Shown here piece after piece: positions 10,430-23,510 of a stretch of DNA of 64,000 nucleotides; position 1 is the first letter of the stretch; each line of letters opens with the position of its first letter. This DNA comes from Takakia lepidozioides (lineage: Eukaryota; Plantae; Bryophyta). Below the pieces are notes generated by a model, which saw nothing but the letters and a program-made list of their open reading frames with translations, was not told the origin of the DNA and did no database searches. The DNA is taken from NCBI GenBank assembly GCA_030704615.1, contig CM060734.1, forward strand, positions 29,512,001 to 29,576,000. The letters are read 5' to 3'. Both the position numbers and the translations under genes were made by a program.

Positions 10430-12061
10430 AATATCGTCGGTTTGGTCCATCTTGCCCTTCAACAGTAAAGGGCTTGAGAGCTCTTTCACACCTCAATTTT
10501 CCCCTCATCAGGATTTCAAAAAAGGAGTTTTGCATCGGTGAATCGAAAAAATTTCCTGTTTCACGGCAAGGTGCTTTCTCAAGTTATCGAAGACAACGAG
10601 CCAACGAGCCGATCGTAAAGTTGGGATCATTCGACCAGAATTCGTTGGAGAACTGAGCATAGGCACCATCACCATGTCCGTGGGTCACCATGCCTGTCAG
10701 TGATATCGGCAGCTGCCCTAGACCAGATATCATCTTGCTTGTTACTTGTAACCTTGGCAACGCAGTCTTTGAATGGTCCATCTTATCGTGAATAATACAG
10801 AGAAATTCCGACCGCATCATCGTTGACTCATTCCTCCAGCTGTAATAAAGCCTTCGACACGACTCTTGATACTTCAGGTGTCTCTCCAGTTTTTTCTTAT
10901 GTTTTTTCTGCTCCTCAGTTCGGTTGACTGATTTGTGGATTAAGTCTTTAAAGATCTCGCAATCCGCGCACTTCGCAAACTTACCACTTGCCTTCCGAAT
11001 CTCCACGTTCGCAAAGATCTTTGTTTTAATCCGGCTAATGGCGGACTTCGACGACGACTTAAGACCTAGAAGTCTGTTCGCCTGAAACAACAGCAAACTG
11101 GACATAAATAAAAAGTAAACGTGTCCATTACAAGACATGATGCCATGAATGAGGACGGGAGGTCTCCCATCCTCTTTGGTATGACTTAAGACTTAGAAGT
11201 CTGTTCACCTGAAACAACAACAAACTGGACATAAATCAAAAGAAAACGTGTCCATTAAAAGACATGATGCCATGAATGAGGACGGGAGGTCTCCCATCCT
11301 CTTTGGTACGACTTAAGACTTAAAAGTCTGTTCGCTTGAAACAACAGCAAACTGGACAAAGAAAACGTGTCCATTAAAAGACATGATGTCATGAATGAGG
11401 ACGGGAGGTCTCCCGTCCTCTTTGGTTCTACAATGGAGGTGTAGACCCAGACTTTTGTCACCATACATCTAGCACAACGAAATATCAAACAACAATGTAA
11501 CATCAAAAATTAATGTACCTCATTCGATTGTTTTTTCACTTCCTTCCAATTCATATCAACGGTTAGGACCTTCAAAACATCTTGTCCTCCTCCTCCAATA
11601 CCTTTCATCTTATGAGGCATAAGGTCGCTATTCTTTGAGACGATCGATAGTACATTTGCCTCTGCCTGTACAGTTTGTGGTCTTGGCTTCTTTATTCCTC
11701 TGTTTCCATGCATGGAGGAGATGTACCCCTCTTTGCTCTTTCTTTTGTATCCCAAATATGTCGATATACCGATGCCGTGAATTGTCCACCAGGCCTTCTC
11801 ACAAACGTCCACACCTTCAATTGTGATGTAGGCCTTGCGCCCAGAACCATCAACACTATGTAACCTTCTCGGGATGTCATATCCCAACTCTCTCTTCGAG
11901 TCAAAGGGTGATGCCCAGAACTGACTGCGGATCAACTTTGTTTTTTCCCAACTGAAATGTTGGCAACAGTTCATCGAAAAACAACTCACAGAGCTTATAG
12001 ACTGAATTGATTCCAAACTCAAGAGACGGTCAATCTTTCTCTTTTTTCTGTCAGCCTCCAT
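10430..12061 (-). mobile_element. Truncated spliced DNA-transposon transposase, Sola-like (exons 12061-11519 and 11081-~10430)
   Basis: FAKCADC, IIHDKMDHSKTALP and LTGMVTHGHG motifs. A phase-0 GT-AG intron (11518-11082) joins KKQSNE to ANRLLG in frame. Stop at 10584; the C-terminal catalytic part is absent. Superfamily assigned from motif recall only. Confidence 0.6.
11056..11426. repeat. Three tandem copies of a ~127-bp unit spanning the transposase 3' splice site
   Basis: Units start gacttaag at 11056, 11183 and 11310. Confidence 0.9.
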
Positions 12062-14059
12062 TGCCTTTCAAACTCTTTTCAAACACCTATACGGTCCCTT
12101 CTTGACACCTTCCAAATGCTCATCCTCCAGGTCACATCTCTAATTTGCCAAGCCACGAATACCTAATGATTGTGGTACGGATGTCGTCAAACAAATCATC
12201 CATGTGATATACGTCACTTTGATGGGCATGAGAATGACACTAATTACGTTTGTTCTATTTCGACGTGGCTTATGTGTCCATTATAATACATAGTGTTGGG
12301 ATACTACTTCCGTGCCAAAATCTTGCTTAATTTCATCTCTACGAATTTCATGTCTTACCAATGCAAATTACTACAACATGAAGTAAGTGACAGTGCAACA
12401 CATTTTCACATGGAAGTGATGGCTTCGAACATATTCACACCATCTCCATACATGCTTGATTGATCTCATTCCAAGCACGAATATGGTGCTTAAGTATCAC
12501 TATTCAAGTCCATTCACTCATTTGTAGCTCTCACAACAACATTGATATCCTTGCAGGATTTTCATTTGATGTGAAGCTTATAAATTTTCTCAATTCAACT
12601 ATCGGCCATTAACGAATCGAAGGTCAATTGCACCTTGAAAAGTATGAAATCAATGTAGCTCATGTCTCAACTTCACATTTATTTTTTGAACGTCCCAAGC
12701 TGATCAACATGGACTCCTATTGCAATTAATGTCAAGTTTGAAAAGAATGTCAGCTTAATGCAAAAAATCTCAAGAAAATAAATTATCTCTTGTGCATCTT
12801 GCATATCCATCATTCCATAAAATCCCCTCCTTGAAAATAGCTGCTGAGATGGAGAAGCAATATTGGACTTCATAAAGAACCTTTCATATACCTGCCCAAG
12901 GGACGACTACTTCGTTGTCTCTTGGGCCTCGAGCTATACTTCTTCACAAAATGCTACACTCCCTTTCACCCTTTCCAGCCTGGTGCTTTCTCTTACGTGG
13001 TGACAGTCCCACTCTGAACATGTCACAGGCAATGCCCCTCACAGTCTCTAATGGAACTCGAGAAGGTGTGTCATGGTCCTCCATGTAGTCCTCATCCATT
13101 TGCTGTGACTATGTGGCAAAAGAGGAGAGAACGTGTTGCCATTCAGATTGCGCTCATAGCCATCTCAACTGAAGACTTTTTTAACACCCTCAGAAATGTT
13201 GTGTTGCCAAATCTGATGCTACCCAGCCATTGCAATATAAAGAATGCCATTTTTCGGGTGGAGTCTGCATCTCTAATTTGCCATGCCACGGATACCCAAC
13301 AAATATGACACTTTTTCTGGAGTTTCATGGGTTCGTGCTACATCCAAACTATATTTGTGTCATAGTGTTATGCATTATAACCACACGATCGTGATATCAT
13401 CATGATTTTAACAAATATTACACCAAAAGAATGCGATTGGCGTGTATACTATGATTGTGTCCATCACGCACAATTTCCTATTGACACATTCGTGCAATCT
13501 GGGTTTGCATATTCACACGACAACATCATTGAAAATGTGTTCCCCACGTGTTCTAAATTGGTATTATAGTTGTGGACAACGGAATACGTAATAATTTCGT
13601 GTGGGACTTGGCTAGCATTATATTGGTGTGCCCTCTGCACTTCAACTGGAGTATTATTGTAATAGCTTTATGTGTAGATTGTTGATAAATTTGAATTGAT
13701 AAATAATCCATATGATTTATTTAGACATTTTTTGATTAAACAAATTGGAATAAAAGATAAATTCAAAGATGTTGACATTCATATGTAAAGGCACGCAGCT
13801 GAGTAACAAAGTAAGCCAAACTCAATCCCTGAAAAGAGTTCTCCCCTTGAGCTCTCATTTTTGGAATATTTTTTCTGAATGTTGCTATAAGCTCAAATTA
13901 GAGATGTGAAGCATACCGAAAAGAAGAAAATGGGTCGGTCAAGAACCGTGAAGAGACTGCTTATGTTCACCAGCCTTCTTAACAGGGTGAGCTAGTCTAG
14001 CTGAAAAAACTTCATAATAACTAACCTCACCTAATCTCTAGCCCTGGCCACTACTATGC

Positions 14060-14668
14060 TTATGGTACGACTGAAGTCTCGCATTGAATCAGCAGAGAAT
14101 TGGAAGCGCGCCACTTTTGCTCCCCAGGGCCACTTGGGAGCGTTGGAGCGAGTTCAAAACCTTCGCTATTTGCTGGAGCAGAAAATAGTGTGGCGAGGGC
14201 TACTAAAGGATCCTTGTAGAACAAAAAAATTGGGTAAGGGTCCCCTGGCTTTTCTCGCACTCTGTACTCAAACCATCCGTCCTCTTTACGATATAAACTA
14301 GACTCGTAGTTCTCGACATCTGTAGCCGACTTCACTGCAACCTCCTCTAAATTAAAGGACTTATGGAACAAAACACCACGTAGAAGGGAGTTTATGTCGC
14401 GCTCGGATAAACCCATTCCATTCTTGCAGTGGCGAATCCACTGCACAAGAGCAAATGTGGAATCAAAGGGTTTTGCCACATCCTCAACTTCGTCAGTAGG
14501 CACATTTCTAGTAGTATTCTCTATTGTTCTCGAACATTCACCATAGGAGGATTGGTTTTGTGGTAATATCGGAATTTCTACAATAGGTGGACTCTCTCTG
14601 GAGCATGAAGCCCTTGACTTCTTCTTGGCTTGGGTTATGCAATGCGAGCTTCGTTCCACACCTACCAC
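14060..14668 (-). mobile_element. Transposase N-terminal fragment, Plavaka/CMC-like
   Basis: FYKDPLVALATLFSAP resembles the Plavaka YRDP..L..LF..P segment; a shifted frame gives GAKVARFQFSAD, resembling the first catalytic-Asp region. Confidence 0.4.
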
Positions 14669-14915
14669 AGTTGAAGGACTTGGATCTAGATCTACAAATC
14701 AAGAGTAGCTAAAGCAAACCATATCCCTGCATGCAACACAAGAGGGCACAGCTGCTTGAGTGGCCCTTGAGCATATCCAATCGCTCTATGTTGTCCACAT
14801 CAAATCTGAAAATCCCCCCAAGATCCACAATATCAGGCACGTATAGTAACTTGCTGATCTACAAGCAGCTGAACACAATAGGCTCAAAAAGATTGAAAAG
14901 AGGGCATGAACTTAC

Positions 14916-15085
14916 CCTGTGTGCCAGTGGTACAGTTTGTCGGTGAGTTTTTTCCCAGTAATCTTGACCTATTTCTTTTGCATTCAATACAATGAAAATG
15001 TCACCATCATCACGATAGGGAGCATATGTCGGTTCATTGCCCTGCAACACTATTGATAGCCGTGATGCCAGCCTCCCCAACACTT
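14916..15085 (-). pseudogene. Isolated frameshifted exon fragment of mitochondrial-type ribosomal protein uL13
   Basis: VLGRLASRLSIVLQG-NEPTYAPYRDDGDIFIVLNAKEI, then in a shifted frame VKITGKKLTDKLYHWHTG followed by a GTAAG donor at 14915. Confidence 0.85.
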
Positions 15086-15843
15086 TCTCACCAACTCAGC
15101 TTTCAAAATGTGCAAACCAGGGGCCATTGGCAAGAACTCAAGTGACAGCTACCCTGCTGCTTGCTCCTGCCCTCCAAATGGCACAGATCTTCTCTCTTTC
15201 TGTCTGCGTTCTAACCTCATGTTTTCTAATAATGTCGATGTCAATGCACGAAGCTGGATTCGGCGGTAACTCCGTGAAGAAGAACAGAAACCTTGCCCGG
15301 CAAAAGAAGACTGGACTTTCTCCAAATTCGTCTTCACAAGCAGTACACGTGATATCATGAATCCGTCACCGAGCCCTGCAAAGAAGAGAAAAGTTGCTCA
15401 GAAGCAGAAGACTGGAGCTGCTGAGCATCTGTCACAAACTATGTCTGGAACAGCAGAAGCGCAAGACGTCACAGGATATAACTGCCTCTCAGATCTGTCA
15501 CTTGCTTGTTTCTCAAGTCCTATCCCCTGCTGCTACCTTCAGGCTAGCGCAAGTAGTGAAAAACAAGTAGTACAGTTTTTGCTGAGCTGCCTACCTCTCA
15601 AAACAGTAAAGATAATTCATTCATTGGCATGTTCGCTTCTCAATGTCCTTCAAACCTAAAATCAGACATTAGTGACGCCATCAAACAGTCAGAAAGATTG
15701 CAAAGACGAAGAGTGGAGTGTCATCAGCAAGAGGCAAGGTCTACCAAGTTTAATCACTCGCTGGCCTGTTTGCTTCTCAGTCATCTTCAACCACACAAGC
15801 AGACACCAGTGACGTTGTAACTCAGTCACAAAGCCATGCAAAG

Positions 15844-16421
15844 ATGAAGAATGATTTTTCTGGTGCAGGTCTGGAGGTCTTCGATCTGTGAAAGGTTTAG
15901 TTAATTCATCAAGGGCCTGGAGAAGGAGAAGACAACGAGAGAGAAGGGAGTCGATTAGGGCACGCTGGAACGCTGGACCATGTATAATATGGATGTAGAA
16001 AATTAAATTTGGATGAGAATATGAATCATGCCTTTACGTTCACTGTCCGATCCTGCTGGCGAAAGCACCAAAAATCCCCGTACCAGATTTAGTATGTCCC
16101 AACAATGATGCCCGGTACGTTAGGTAACAGACATGAAGAATGACTTTTCTGCTGTAGGTCTGGAGGTCTTTGATTTGTGAAAGGTTTTCGATCTGTGAAA
16201 GGTTTAGTTAATTCATCAAGGGCTTGGAGAAGGAGAAGACGACGAGAGAGAAGGGAGTCGATTAGGGCACGCTGGAACGCTGGACCATGTATAATATGGA
16301 TGTAGAAAATTAAATTTGGATGAGAATATGAATCATGCCTTCACGTTCACTGTCCGATCCTGCTGGAGCACCAAAATCCCCGTACTAGATTGCGTATGTC
16401 CCAACAATGATGCCCGGTACG
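15844..16421. repeat. ~289-bp tandem duplication; second copy interrupted by the chromovirus
   Basis: Copies start atgaagaatga at 15844 and 16133. Copy 2 resumes as gtacgttaggtaa at 22589. Confidence 0.9.
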
Positions 16422-17132
16422 TGTAAAGGATCTGACTCTCTTTTCTTTGTCCAACTATGACAAAATTTCAGGCGCTTTGCTTGGTTTGCTGTTCACAGGG
16501 AATTTACCAAAACTCCAAGGAAAACTGATTGCTCGGGATTTTGTTTCAACCGGACTCTCATCTATATCTGAAATCCAGCCAAGGCCCTATTCTTATTCCA
16601 CTTCCCTCATTTACAAATTCACAGATCGATCAAGTGATCGTCACTCCTACTCTGGCCTGATTCCTTGTTCAAAAGATCTCCCTGTCAACCTATGTACTCA
16701 TCTCATGCCATTCTATCTATGCACAGTACTGGACTACGATGTCCAGTCCGCCCCTCCACCACACTGTGCATCAACTCATTCTATCACCATAGACCAGTGC
16801 AGATCGATCATTTTTCTTCTTCTCACGACCTCTTTTTCTGCTCACCAAAAAGCACAGCACCGGCTACGTCCGGTCCACCCAGCCACCACGCCATGCTACG
16901 CTAGTTTCCTGTCAATACAGATCTGCTCTAGATGCCTGTACACCATCATTCTTTTCTCTTCTCCACACTTGCCATCTCCAAGCCCACTTTCTTAAATCCC
17001 TAATCGTGGATCTGTTCGTGAACGCGAGCCTGCTCCATTCGACCTGCAACTGTCAGTTTGGCGGTCTTCTAGCAGTCACTTGCTTCGCCAAACTGGTCGA
17101 CAGGTCTTGATCTTTGTTCAAGGCACCTAACA
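16422..17132 (-). repeat. 3' LTR of chromovirus (711 bp)
   Basis: tgtaaagga...cctaaca, near-identical to 21846-22588. Confidence 0.97.
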
Positions 17133-20100
17133 AACTCCCCCTCCCAAAGACAGGTCATTGTCCTCAATGACAGGAAATGAGGGGTAACTCAATGTCAATT
17201 CATTTTCCTTCTCCCAAGTAGCTTCTGTCTCTGGGTAATGCAACCACTTAATCAAATGTTCTTTCCAAGAACGGTTGCACAGGTGCTTTACTCGCATTTC
17301 TAGAATCTTTTCGGGTTCAGCCATCAGCTAACCATCATTCATGGCTTGAGGCAACGTCGGCAAGATGTGTGATGAGTCCGACATATACCTTCGAAGAAGA
17401 CTGATATGGAAAGTTTTATGGATCTTCCATGTTGGAGGCAGGTCCAACTCATAGGCCACTGTGCCATGGCGTTCCAGGATTTTAAACGGACCACAAAATC
17501 TTGGTGACAACTTATAACACTTGCCTAGTCTTAGATTGCTTCTTTTAGGTGTAACTTTCAAAAACACCATATCACCAATGGCAAATTCACGAAAAGTCCT
17601 ACACTTATCAGCAAAGAACTTGGCCCGTTCTTGTGCAGCCTGCATACTACGCTTCACCAGATCTAGGACAGAGTGGATCTCTTTGATTCTGTCATTCACG
17701 CTTTGCACATTTGATGGTGGTGTGATAAGCGAAGCAGGAGCTAAGCAATCTCGTCCATATAAAGCTTCAAATGGGCTCATGCCAATGGCACTGTGGAAAT
17801 GCTTGTTATAAGCAAATTCCACCATATACAGATATTGTTCCCAAGAGGACTGTCTTTCACCAACGTACATTCTCAACATATCTTCAATTGTACGGTTGGT
17901 CCTTTCTGTTTGGGCATCTGTTTCTGGGTGAAAGGCCGTACTCAATTTCACCTTGGTTCCCAATTTCTTAAACAAGTCAATCCAAAAATGACTTGTGAAC
18001 TTTGAGTCCCTGTCACAAATAATCTCCCGAGGCAGACCATGGATCTTGAATATCTCTTTCATGTACAAGGATGCAACATCAGATGCCGTAGCACTCATCC
18101 TTGTAGGTATCAAGTGGGCTATCTTAGACAGCCTATCTACAACCACCATGATACTGTCATGGCCACTTCTGGTCCTGGGCAATGCCACAATGAAATCCAT
18201 ACTAATGGACTCCCAATTCCATCCAGGAACAGATAATGGTTGTAATAATCCAGGAGGTCTGACTCTCTCTGACTTCGAAACCTGACATGGGAAACATTTC
18301 TGCACATATTCTTTAATTTCTCTCTTCATACCCGGCCAAAAATAGTGCTTCCGTATTGACCAATAGGTTCTCTGAAAGCCCGGGTGTCCAGAGATTGGAA
18401 TATTGTGACTGTCATGAATAATGCGCAATCTCAAGTCTGGAATCAGGGGAACACAAAGCCGACCATTATAAAATAACACCCCATCTCTCAAGAGGTATGG
18501 CCGGTACTTCTCTTTCTCAATAGAAGTTCTCTGATCACAAGACAAACTCTTTAATGGCTCTTTGAAGAATTCATCGACCTCATACTGACCTTTAATGTCT
18601 TGAAATATAGTGCTACTGACGCATGAGACAACATTAACGTGTAATGGTCTCCTAGAAAGTGCATCAGCAATCACATTTTCTCTCCCTTTGACATACTTTA
18701 GGTCATAATGGAACTGCTGAAGCAGTTCTGACCACCTGATCTGCCTCTGACTCAAATGAGGTTGCGTGGTCAAATATTTTAAACTCTGATGGTCAGTCTC
18801 TATCACAAAATCAACTGGAAGCAGGTAATGCCTCCATATCTTCAGAGCATGAACTATTGCCAATAGTTCCTTTTCATGAGTGGGATAATTCTTTTCTGCT
18901 AGACTGATCTTTCGAGATTCATAGGCAATCACTTGCCCATCTTGCATCAGCACAGCTCCAATAGCAAGATCACTTGCATCAGTACACAGTACTATTGCTC
19001 CCTTCGTAGGATCGAGCAATTTCAGTACAGGAGCATGTGTTAAGGCATACTTCAACATCTCGAAACTGTTATCACAATCTCTTGTCCAAACATCCTTCAA
19101 GCTTACAGGACTCGAGTCCTTAAGCAGGTCAGTCAATGGGGTTGCAATCTGTGAAAAAGATTTAACAAACTTTCGTAGGAAGCTAGCAAACCCAATAAAG
19201 CTCCTGACCTCAGTCTTATCACTTGGTTTAGGCCATTCAACCACTGTCTAGACTTTCTTAGGATCAATTGAAATTCCATCTTTGGAAATACAAAATCCCA
19301 AGTAATCCATGTGGTCTACAAAGAACTCACACTTGCTTCTCTTAGCAAACAGGTGGTTCTCTCTTAGTATGTCTAAAACCAAGCGTAAATGCAGTTCATG
19401 TTCTTCCTCAGACTTCGAGTATATTAGTATATCATCCATGTAGACTAAAACCATCTTCCCCAAATATTTCTGGAACAGAGAGTTCATCAGATAAGTAAAT
19501 GTTGCTGGAGCATTTGTGAGCCCAAATGGCATTACCAAGAATTCATAATGATCAAAACGAGATCGAAATCCTGTCTTTGGTATATCAGAATTCTTGATCC
19601 GTATCTGATGATATCCAGACCGAAGATCAAGTTTTGAAAAAACTTGACTCCCATATAGATAGTCAAACAAATCGTCCACACGAGGTAAAGGGAACTTATT
19701 CTTGATGGTGACCTTATTCAACCATCTATAGTCCACACACAGTCTCAAAGTTCCGTCTTTCTTCTTCTTAAACATTACAGGGGCACCCCAAGGGGATTTA
19801 CTTGGACGTATATACCCCTTTTCCAACAAGTCATTCAACTGCCTTTCTAATTCTTCATTTTCTGCAATTGAATGCCTGTACGGTGCCCTTGCAACCGGTA
19901 CAGCATCTGACATCAACTCGATTGCATGATCAACCTCCCGTTAGGGGGCATCCCAGGGAGCTCATCAGGAAACATATCTTTATATTCATTCAGGACCAGG
20001 CTAAGTCTGGGATGTGACTTCCCTTCTCCCTGATTTGTTTCCAAGATCTCATGCAAGCTAACAGCAAAAAGCTGAGCATTTCCCTTCCGGATACATCTCT

Positions 20101-21740
20101 TCATTTGAATAGCTGACAAAACAGGTATATTGGGAAGAGCTCTAATACCTTTGATATTGAATCCCTTCCCGTTGGGCAAGGTACCACTAACCAGTCCGGA
20201 TTTGCAAGCCACCACAGCATCAACCGGATCCAGCCACCACATGCCAAGGATGCAGTCGTACCGAGCTCCCTCCCAGACCTCGAAGTCAGCCATAGTCCAT
20301 ACTCCTTGCATGTCCATTGGTACCTTTGGGATGTGTTTGTGCGTAGAATCCACGCCACCATCTGGTAACAAGATTTGACAGGGTTGCATGTCTTCTTGAA
20401 CTAGTCCCAATTTGTCAACAAAATCCTTTGACAACAGGTTGTGAGTGCTGCCAGTATCAATCAGCACTTGAGTGGGAATTCCAGCCACTCTCCCATGAAC
20501 CCGTATCACACTGGGGTCATGCTCTATTTGGTCTCCAATGATAGCTGCAGAAACCCGCACATTAGGACCTTTCCCATTTTCTTGTCCTGATTTCTCTCTA
20601 GTTTCAACAACCACATAAGGTTCTGTAGGTCCTTCAACTGTTAAGGCGGCTGTCTGTCGAGCCTGACGAGAATTTGGGTACTTCATACACTCAGCAGTTC
20701 TGTGTCCAGGTTCATGGCACAAGAAACACAAACCCTTACGCTTGTGTTCTTCCTGTTCTTTGAAACTGAGCCTTGGGGGAGCCCTCATTGGCGGTCTCCG
20801 TATAGTTTGATCCCCCGCCTTCTTAAACGGTTTAAATCTCTTCCAATTCCCTCTCTTCGCTGGTGACTGCCAAGGACCAGATGATCTAGGCTTGAACTCG
20901 GCCGTGCCACGGGCAAAGTTCGAAGAACGTTGTGCCCTTACTTCATTCTCAAAATTGCAGGCCAAACGATATGCTTCTGCCTCTGTACGAGGGTTGTGGG
21001 CTTTGACCTTAAATTTGAGAGAATCACTGAGGCCATCGACAAAAAAAATCAACTCTGTCCTCTTCACTCAACGAGGGGAAATAACTGGCATGGGTTTCAA
21101 ATCTCGTCTTAAACTCTCCCACGCTCATAGTCTCTTGTCTCAGTCTGAACAATTCAACTTTCATCTTGTGTGCATAGTCGCCAGGTAGGTAATGGGCTAA
21201 GAACAGTGTCTTAAACATAGCCCAACTACCCACATATGGTTTCTTGTGTTCACGGCGTTCCTGCTTCTGACGCGACCACCATAGCTTGGCGGCATCACGG
21301 AGCTATAGAGCAGCTGTCTGTATCTTGGCTTCCTCTGAATAATCGTCCTCAAAGAACTCTTCTAAGGTATCCAAGAAAGACAATATTTCTTCAGGCTTGA
21401 CAGATGGCTTACCATAGAATTCTGGCCCAATCTTCTGATCTCCCTGGTGACATCCTTGCTTCTTTTCATCTTGGCCTCATGGGAGTCAGCCTTAGATTCG
21501 TCCTCATTCAGTGGCTCACTCACAGGCAGCTCCCTAGATCGCTTGTCAGTTTGAGTTTGTGTAGGGGCCAACTTCTGTATCTCAGATCGAATCAAAGTAC
21601 CTAAGGCCTCCATTTACTGCTGGGAAAATAACTGACTTCCATGTTCGCGATCTGAAGCTCGGTGCAGACTGGCCGCATCTGAGCGCTCACGATCTCCAGC
21701 CATTTCACTATCTTGATCGTCGTCACCAGGTTGCATGCTC
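17127..21740 (-). pseudogene. gag-pol polyprotein of the chromovirus (stops and frameshifts)
   Basis: Knuckle CFLCHEPGHRTAEC; PR LIDTGSTH; RT YMDD (19248-19916); RNase H TDASD; integrase HHCC, CDRDSKF and GPF (17328-19244); chromodomain EPEKIL...HLIKW...EATWE (17127-17324). TAG stops at 21362, 19248 and 17328; frameshifts near 21070 and 19940. Confidence 0.95.
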
Positions 21741-21845
21741 ACAGAGCCGAACGAGATCTGGCTCATTCACACGATTACCCTACTTCTGGAAATTGCGAAA
21801 TCCACAATCTGTTCTGCCCGATCGCAAACCAGCTCTGATACCACT

Positions 21846-22588
21846 TGTAAAGGATCTGACTCTCTTTTCTTTGTCCAACTATGAGATCTGACTCTCTTTT
21901 CTTTGTCCAACTATGACAAAATTTCAGGCGTTTTGCTTGGTTTGCTGTTCACAGGGAATTTACCAAAACTCTAGGGAAAACTGATTGCTCGGGATTTTGT
22001 TTCAACCGGACTCTCATCTATATCTGAAATCCAGCCAAGGCCCTATTCTTATTCCACTTCCCTCATTTACAAATTCACAGATCGATCAAGTGATCGTCAC
22101 TCCTACTCTGGCCTGATTCCTTGTTCAAAAGATCTTCCTGTCAACCTATGTACTCATCTCATGCCATTCTATCTATGCACAGTACTGGACTACGATGTCC
22201 AGTCCGCCCCTCCACCACACCGTGCATCAACTCATTCTATCACCATAGACCAGTGCAGACCGATCATTTTTCTTCTTCTCACGACCTCTTTTTCTGCTCA
22301 CCAAAAAGCACAGCACCGGCTACGTCCGGTCCACCCAGCCACCACGCCATGCTATGCTAGTTTCCTGTCAATACAGATCTGCTCTAGATGCCTGTACACC
22401 ATCATTCTTTTCTCTTCTCCACACTTGCCATCTCCAAGCCCACTTTCTTAAATCCCTAATCGTGGATCTGTTCGTGAACGCGAGCCTGCTCCATTCGACC
22501 TGCAACTGTCAGTTCGGCGGTCTTCTAGCAGTCACTTGCTTCGCCAAACTGGTCGACAGGTCTCGATCTTTGTTCAAGGCACCTAACA
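21846..22588 (-). repeat. 5' LTR of chromovirus (743 bp, contains a 32-bp tandem duplication)
   Basis: tgtaaagga...cctaaca; gatctgactctcttttctttgtccaactatga is doubled at 21853-21916. Confidence 0.97.
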
Positions 22589-22625
22589 GTACGTTAGGTA
22601 AGTCAATGGATGGGTTTATGTTTAG

Positions 22626-23510
22626 GGTGGTCTCATTCATTGCATGCAACCCACTCACCTAATAGTCTTTCCTTTTGATATTGTGATCTCTTCTGGAAAA
22701 CAGAATTCTAGACAAATCTGAAAGCGTTCACAGGTGTAGCTGATGCAGGAGATCTAGGAGGGGTTTGATAAGTTTCCATTGGCATCTGTGCTTCTTAGGA
22801 TTGCTCTGCTGTGACGATGAGAAACCTTAAGCTGATGAGGGCTTGGCCAGAAGTGGCCAGAAGTGTGGGGTTTCTGAAGCTGCGTGCCCATTTATCAAGC
22901 TAAGTTCCATGTTGTATAAGCTTTTATTCTCGTCTCATTCATTGCATGCAACCCACTCGTTGAGTAGTCTTCCCTTCTGATATTGTGATGTCTTCTGCAA
23001 GATAGAATGCTTATCATGTGGGATTGTTTGGGGCTGTTGGGTAGCAGATGTACTGGAGCAGCTGTGTGGAACATAAGCGTTGTGGTAAAAGTAGAACACA
23101 CTGCATATTATTTTCCTTACTTGCTTTGCAGCAACAGGTTAGTCTATGTGTTGGGCTTTGCAACTTACATGCAGGGTTGTGGGTGCCAAGAAAGCTGGGG
23201 TAGCAGGCCTTTAACATTGGCATGTTCTAGTTTTTTAGAGGTGGTGGTCTCATTCATTGCATGCAACCCACTCACTGAGTAGTCTTTCCTTTTGATATTG
23301 TGATGTCTTCTGTAAGACATAATGCTAGATCACAAATCTGAAAGCATTCTGAACAGGTGTAGCTGATGTGGGAGATCTAGGAGGGGTTTCATAAGTTTCC
23401 AATGGCATGTGTGCTTCTTAGGATTGACAGCAGTAATCTGCTGTGACGATGAGAAACCGAGGGCTTGGCCAGAAGTGGGGTTTCTGAAGCTGCATGCCCA
23501 TTTAACAAGC
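22626..23510. repeat. Locally duplicated segments (three copies of a gtctcattcattgcatgcaacccactc-headed unit)
   Basis: Unit heads near 22629, 22933 and 23246; copies 1 and 3 share about 250 bp downstream. Confidence 0.75.

Larger units (their letters stand above)
16422..22588 (-). mobile_element. Full-length Ty3/gypsy chromovirus LTR retrotransposon with a few inactivating mutations
   Basis: TG..CA LTRs; 5-bp TSD GTACG (16417-16421 and 22589-22593); tRNA-iMet PBS TGGTATCAGAGCT (21843-21831); PPT next to 17133; gag-PR-RT-RH-INT-chromodomain order. Confidence 0.97.

Noticed and set aside
16447-16995. 182-aa plus-strand ORF
   Set aside because: Lies within the LTR, antisense to the element, and is interrupted in the other LTR copy.
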